In this document: piece after piece, positions 61,433-64,000 of the stretch
How positions within the stretch are numbered: the stretch's first letter is position 1
How the letters are laid out: each line of letters starts with the position of its first letter
DNA from: Candidatus Tayloriibacteriota bacterium
GTDB lineage: Bacteria; Patescibacteriota; Minisyncoccia; Phycocordibacterales; CAIZLB01
Assembly: GCA_018883165.1 (NCBI GenBank)
Contig: VEQN01000001.1
Span: 21,949 to 85,948 of the forward strand
Reading direction: 5' to 3'
DNA length: 64,000 bases
The notes under the pieces: generated by a model
What the model was told of the DNA's origin: nothing
What the model saw: only the letters and a program-made list of their open reading frames with translations
Databases searched by the model: none
Position numbers and translations under genes: made by a program

Positions 61433-62662
61433 ATGGAATCATTTCAACATTCCTATGATCGTCCCAGTTTAAATGGATTTGAAACAGAAGAGCGTGCTTA
61501 TCAAATCAAAGAAAGGATTTTTGGGTCGAGAACACTTTCAAGACTCGCCGAACTTGATCCATCAAGAGATGCAGATCAGATCAATACCCTACTCCAAGAG
61601 TCTATAGAAGATTTGTTTAAAAAATCTTCAAATGATGGTGTATTTAATGACAGAACACTACGGACAATAGCTGGACTATTTGATATACAACTAACGAATT
61701 CTACGGACAAACTTGAGGTATTGGAGCAGATAGATGAGAAACTGTCTGATCTTTTACTGTGGAGATCCGCACTCGAAAGATACAATCGCGAACACCAAGA
61801 GAGACAGCTAATATTTAGATCTGAGATTGAACCCGTTCTTAAAGACCGTGTCGAATCCATGATCGGTATCCAGATAGATTCCGGTTTTTTACCCATAAGT
61901 AGAGAACGTGTGAGTGATTTAGTCGCTCGACTTGAATTTAATGCAGTCGACCTGTTAAACCATCCTGAGCGCGCAGGAAGATATAGAGCCAATACTCATG
62001 AAATTGATATTGTACTAGATTCTTCTTTCCCTACTGCCAACTCATGGAATCCTGAAGATGTAGAAAAGCTCGTCGAACAATATACACATACATATTTGCA
62101 CGAAATAGTGCATGCCATATCAGGTCATACAATTTTAGGGGTATCTGAACAAGATAAATTATCCAGTGTAGTTTCTAGTGAAGAAATTGGAATACACAAA
62201 AATCATGTTCAGAAGATTGGTCTTCTATACATGAAAGGGGCACCTAATAATATAGCAGGATATGCTGGAAAAGAGGCTCGGTTCAATTGGTTTAATGAGG
62301 CGGTAACTGAATACATAACAAGAAAAGTCTTGAGTACAGATTCTGCAGAAAGTCCAGTGTATCAAAGTGAAGTTGATTTTTTTGAGCTACTCAAAGAAAA
62401 AACTGGACTAACTGATGAATTAATTTTACAGGCATATTTCGAAGATTATGTACCATCTGAACAGACGGGTGATAAGGTCCCATGTTGGAACTTACTAAAG
62501 AAACAAATAGACGAATCACTTGGACCCGATGGATTGGTTAAATTAGATGACGCACTAAGAGGATTAAAAGGTCCGCTCCTGTACATGAAAGGAAAAAATA
62601 TATTGAATAAGACACCAACGGAGATTAGTCCTTTACATGCTTTATTGAGTCAACAATTGTAA
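61433..62662 (+). CDS. Hypothetical protein with zincin metallopeptidase-like motif
   Basis: LHEIVH (HEXXH) and downstream NEAVTE; start moved to ATG 61433. Confidence 0.7.
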   Translation: MESFQHSYDRPSLNGFETEERAYQIKERIFGSRTLSRLAELDPSRDADQINTLLQESIEDLFKKSSNDGVFNDRTLRTIAGLFDIQLTNSTDKLEVLEQIDEKLSDLLLWRSALERYNREHQERQLIFRSEIEPVLKDRVESMIGIQIDSGFLPISRERVSDLVARLEFNAVDLLNHPERAGRYRANTHEIDIVLDSSFPTANSWNPEDVEKLVEQYTHTYLHEIVHAISGHTILGVSEQDKLSSVVSSEEIGIHKNHVQKIGLLYMKGAPNNIAGYAGKEARFNWFNEAVTEYITRKVLSTDSAESPVYQSEVDFFELLKEKTGLTDELILQAYFEDYVPSEQTGDKVPCWNLLKKQIDESLGPDGLVKLDDALRGLKGPLLYMKGKNILNKTPTEISPLHALLSQQL

Positions 62663-62679
62663 ATCCAAAGACTTACCCA

Positions 62680-62715
62680 CAAAACAAAACACCCCTTGCG
62701 GAGTGTTTTGTTTTG
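62680..62715. terminator. Bidirectional terminator
   Basis: CAAAACAAAACAC..loop..GTGTTTTGTTTTG. Confidence 0.85.
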
Positions 62716-62752
62716 GAAACGTTATGCCTCAGTCGGGTAAACCCGATAGAGA

Positions 62753-63067
62753 TTAATAACTGTTTCGTCGGAAACCACCTCGGTCTCCACCTCGATCGAA
62801 ATCTCGTCGTGGTGGTCGGTCAGTCATAGGTCGAGCTTCGTTAACAACGATAGCTCGTCCGTCGAGATCCTTTCCATTCCACATGTTGATAGCCGCGTCT
62901 GCAGCATCATCTGGAACTTCTACGAATCCGAATCCTCGAGATCGGCCACTCATCTTGTCAGTCATAACTGTTGCTGACTCAACTGGACCTGCTTGCTCGA
63001 AGGCTGCCTTGAGACTGTCAGAAGTTGTCGCCCATGCGAGGTTTCCAACGTACAATTTTTTTGCCAT
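62753..63067 (-). CDS. RRM-domain RNA-binding protein
   Basis: RNP2 LYVGNL, RNP1 RGFGFVE, R/G-rich tail. Confidence 0.95.
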   Translation of the reverse strand: MAKKLYVGNLAWATTSDSLKAAFEQAGPVESATVMTDKMSGRSRGFGFVEVPDDAADAAINMWNGKDLDGRAIVVNEARPMTDRPPRRDFDRGGDRGGFRRNSY

Positions 63068-63295
63068 TCGGTACTTTGTCTAAATGTAATTATCCATAGC
63101 CGACCCTCTACACCAAGTGAACCACGAGACCGCGTACCGCTGGCTTTGAGAACTACGAACGAACCTATACTAGCACATGTTTTTGGTTTTGGGAAACATG
63201 AAGCTTTCCTGGTACCTTACCAATCTCTTGATATTTTCTTCATCTGCTGATAGTAATATTGTTACCATAATCAAATAATATTAGAGAAGTAAACT

Positions 63296-63970
63296 ATGAA
63301 GATACTGCTCATCGAAGATGATATCGAATTTTTAGATAAACTATCTAGAAAATTAACCAGTTCTGGTTACATCGTGGATATTTCACAGGATGGAAAATCT
63401 GGTTCATACACAGCTAGAACAAATCACTATGATGTAATAATTATTGATAACAATATTCCTGGAAAAAAAGGCATAGAGATATGTCAAGAAATACGTATGG
63501 CAAAAATTCAAACGCCGATACTAATGTTAACGATAGACAATGTTACTGAAGTCAAAGTGAAAGCGCTCGATGCAGGAGCGGATGATTATCTAACCAAACC
63601 ATTTTCATATATCGAACTAATTGCAAGAATAAAATCATTAACAAGGAGATCTTATCCGATAACGGAACAAATTTACAAATTAGACGACCTTACTATAAAC
63701 TGTAAAACAGAGGAAGTAATCGTCGATGGAAAAGGAATCTATTTCACAAGAAAAGAATTTCTACTTTTATCGTGTATAGCAAAAAACGCAGGCAAAGTGG
63801 TGAGTCGTGGCCAAATACTTGAAGAAGCATGGGGCAATGATGTAAATCCGTTCTCAAATACAATTGAAGCACATATAAGAAACATAAGAAAGAAAATTGG
63901 CGAGTCCAACAAAAGAAGATACATACAGACGGTACCTGGGCGAGGCTACAAACTCGACCGTTCGAGATAA
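63296..63970 (+). CDS. OmpR/PhoB family response regulator
   Basis: LLIEDD, phosphoacceptor D, GADDYLTKPF, winged helix TVPGRGY. Confidence 0.95.
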   Translation: MKILLIEDDIEFLDKLSRKLTSSGYIVDISQDGKSGSYTARTNHYDVIIIDNNIPGKKGIEICQEIRMAKIQTPILMLTIDNVTEVKVKALDAGADDYLTKPFSYIELIARIKSLTRRSYPITEQIYKLDDLTINCKTEEVIVDGKGIYFTRKEFLLLSCIAKNAGKVVSRGQILEEAWGNDVNPFSNTIEAHIRNIRKKIGESNKRRYIQTVPGRGYKLDRSR

Positions 63971-64000
63971 CTAGTGCCCCACCACCCCAACCACATACAT

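Overview
Chromosomal segment of a small-genome, low-GC bacterium, most consistent with Patescibacteria/CPR (Parcubacteria-like). This placement is inference from gene content: short Zn-less DnaX, stand-alone UvrD-PD-(D/E)XK fusion, minimal type IV pilus cluster, khpA-trmD without rimM, no obvious Shine-Dalgarno sites, TGA used as stop. The backbone is housekeeping: a glycosylation locus, murF, DEAD-box helicase, dnaX, dus, eno, truB, hisS, dsbA, an rpoB-rpoC-dnaG-rpoD run, trmD, lepA, typA, a MacAB-like exporter and three tRNAs (Gln, Phe, Arg). No CRISPR array, rRNA, integrase or transposase was recognised. The main unexplained signals are three. (1) An accessory islet after tRNA-Gln holds a translationally coupled two-gene module bracketed by an exact 11-bp direct repeat, then two genes (NUDIX-like, ADP-ribosyltransferase-like) each preceded by a diverged copy of one 67-nt non-coding element with apparent covariation. 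(2) About nine self-contained single-gene cassettes (most with own promoter, A/C-rich leader and strong hairpin terminator; several visibly GC-richer) sit mostly antiparallel between core genes. (3) Many genes appear leaderless, while a few have long structured leaders. All annotation was by eye; no searches or folding programs were run.
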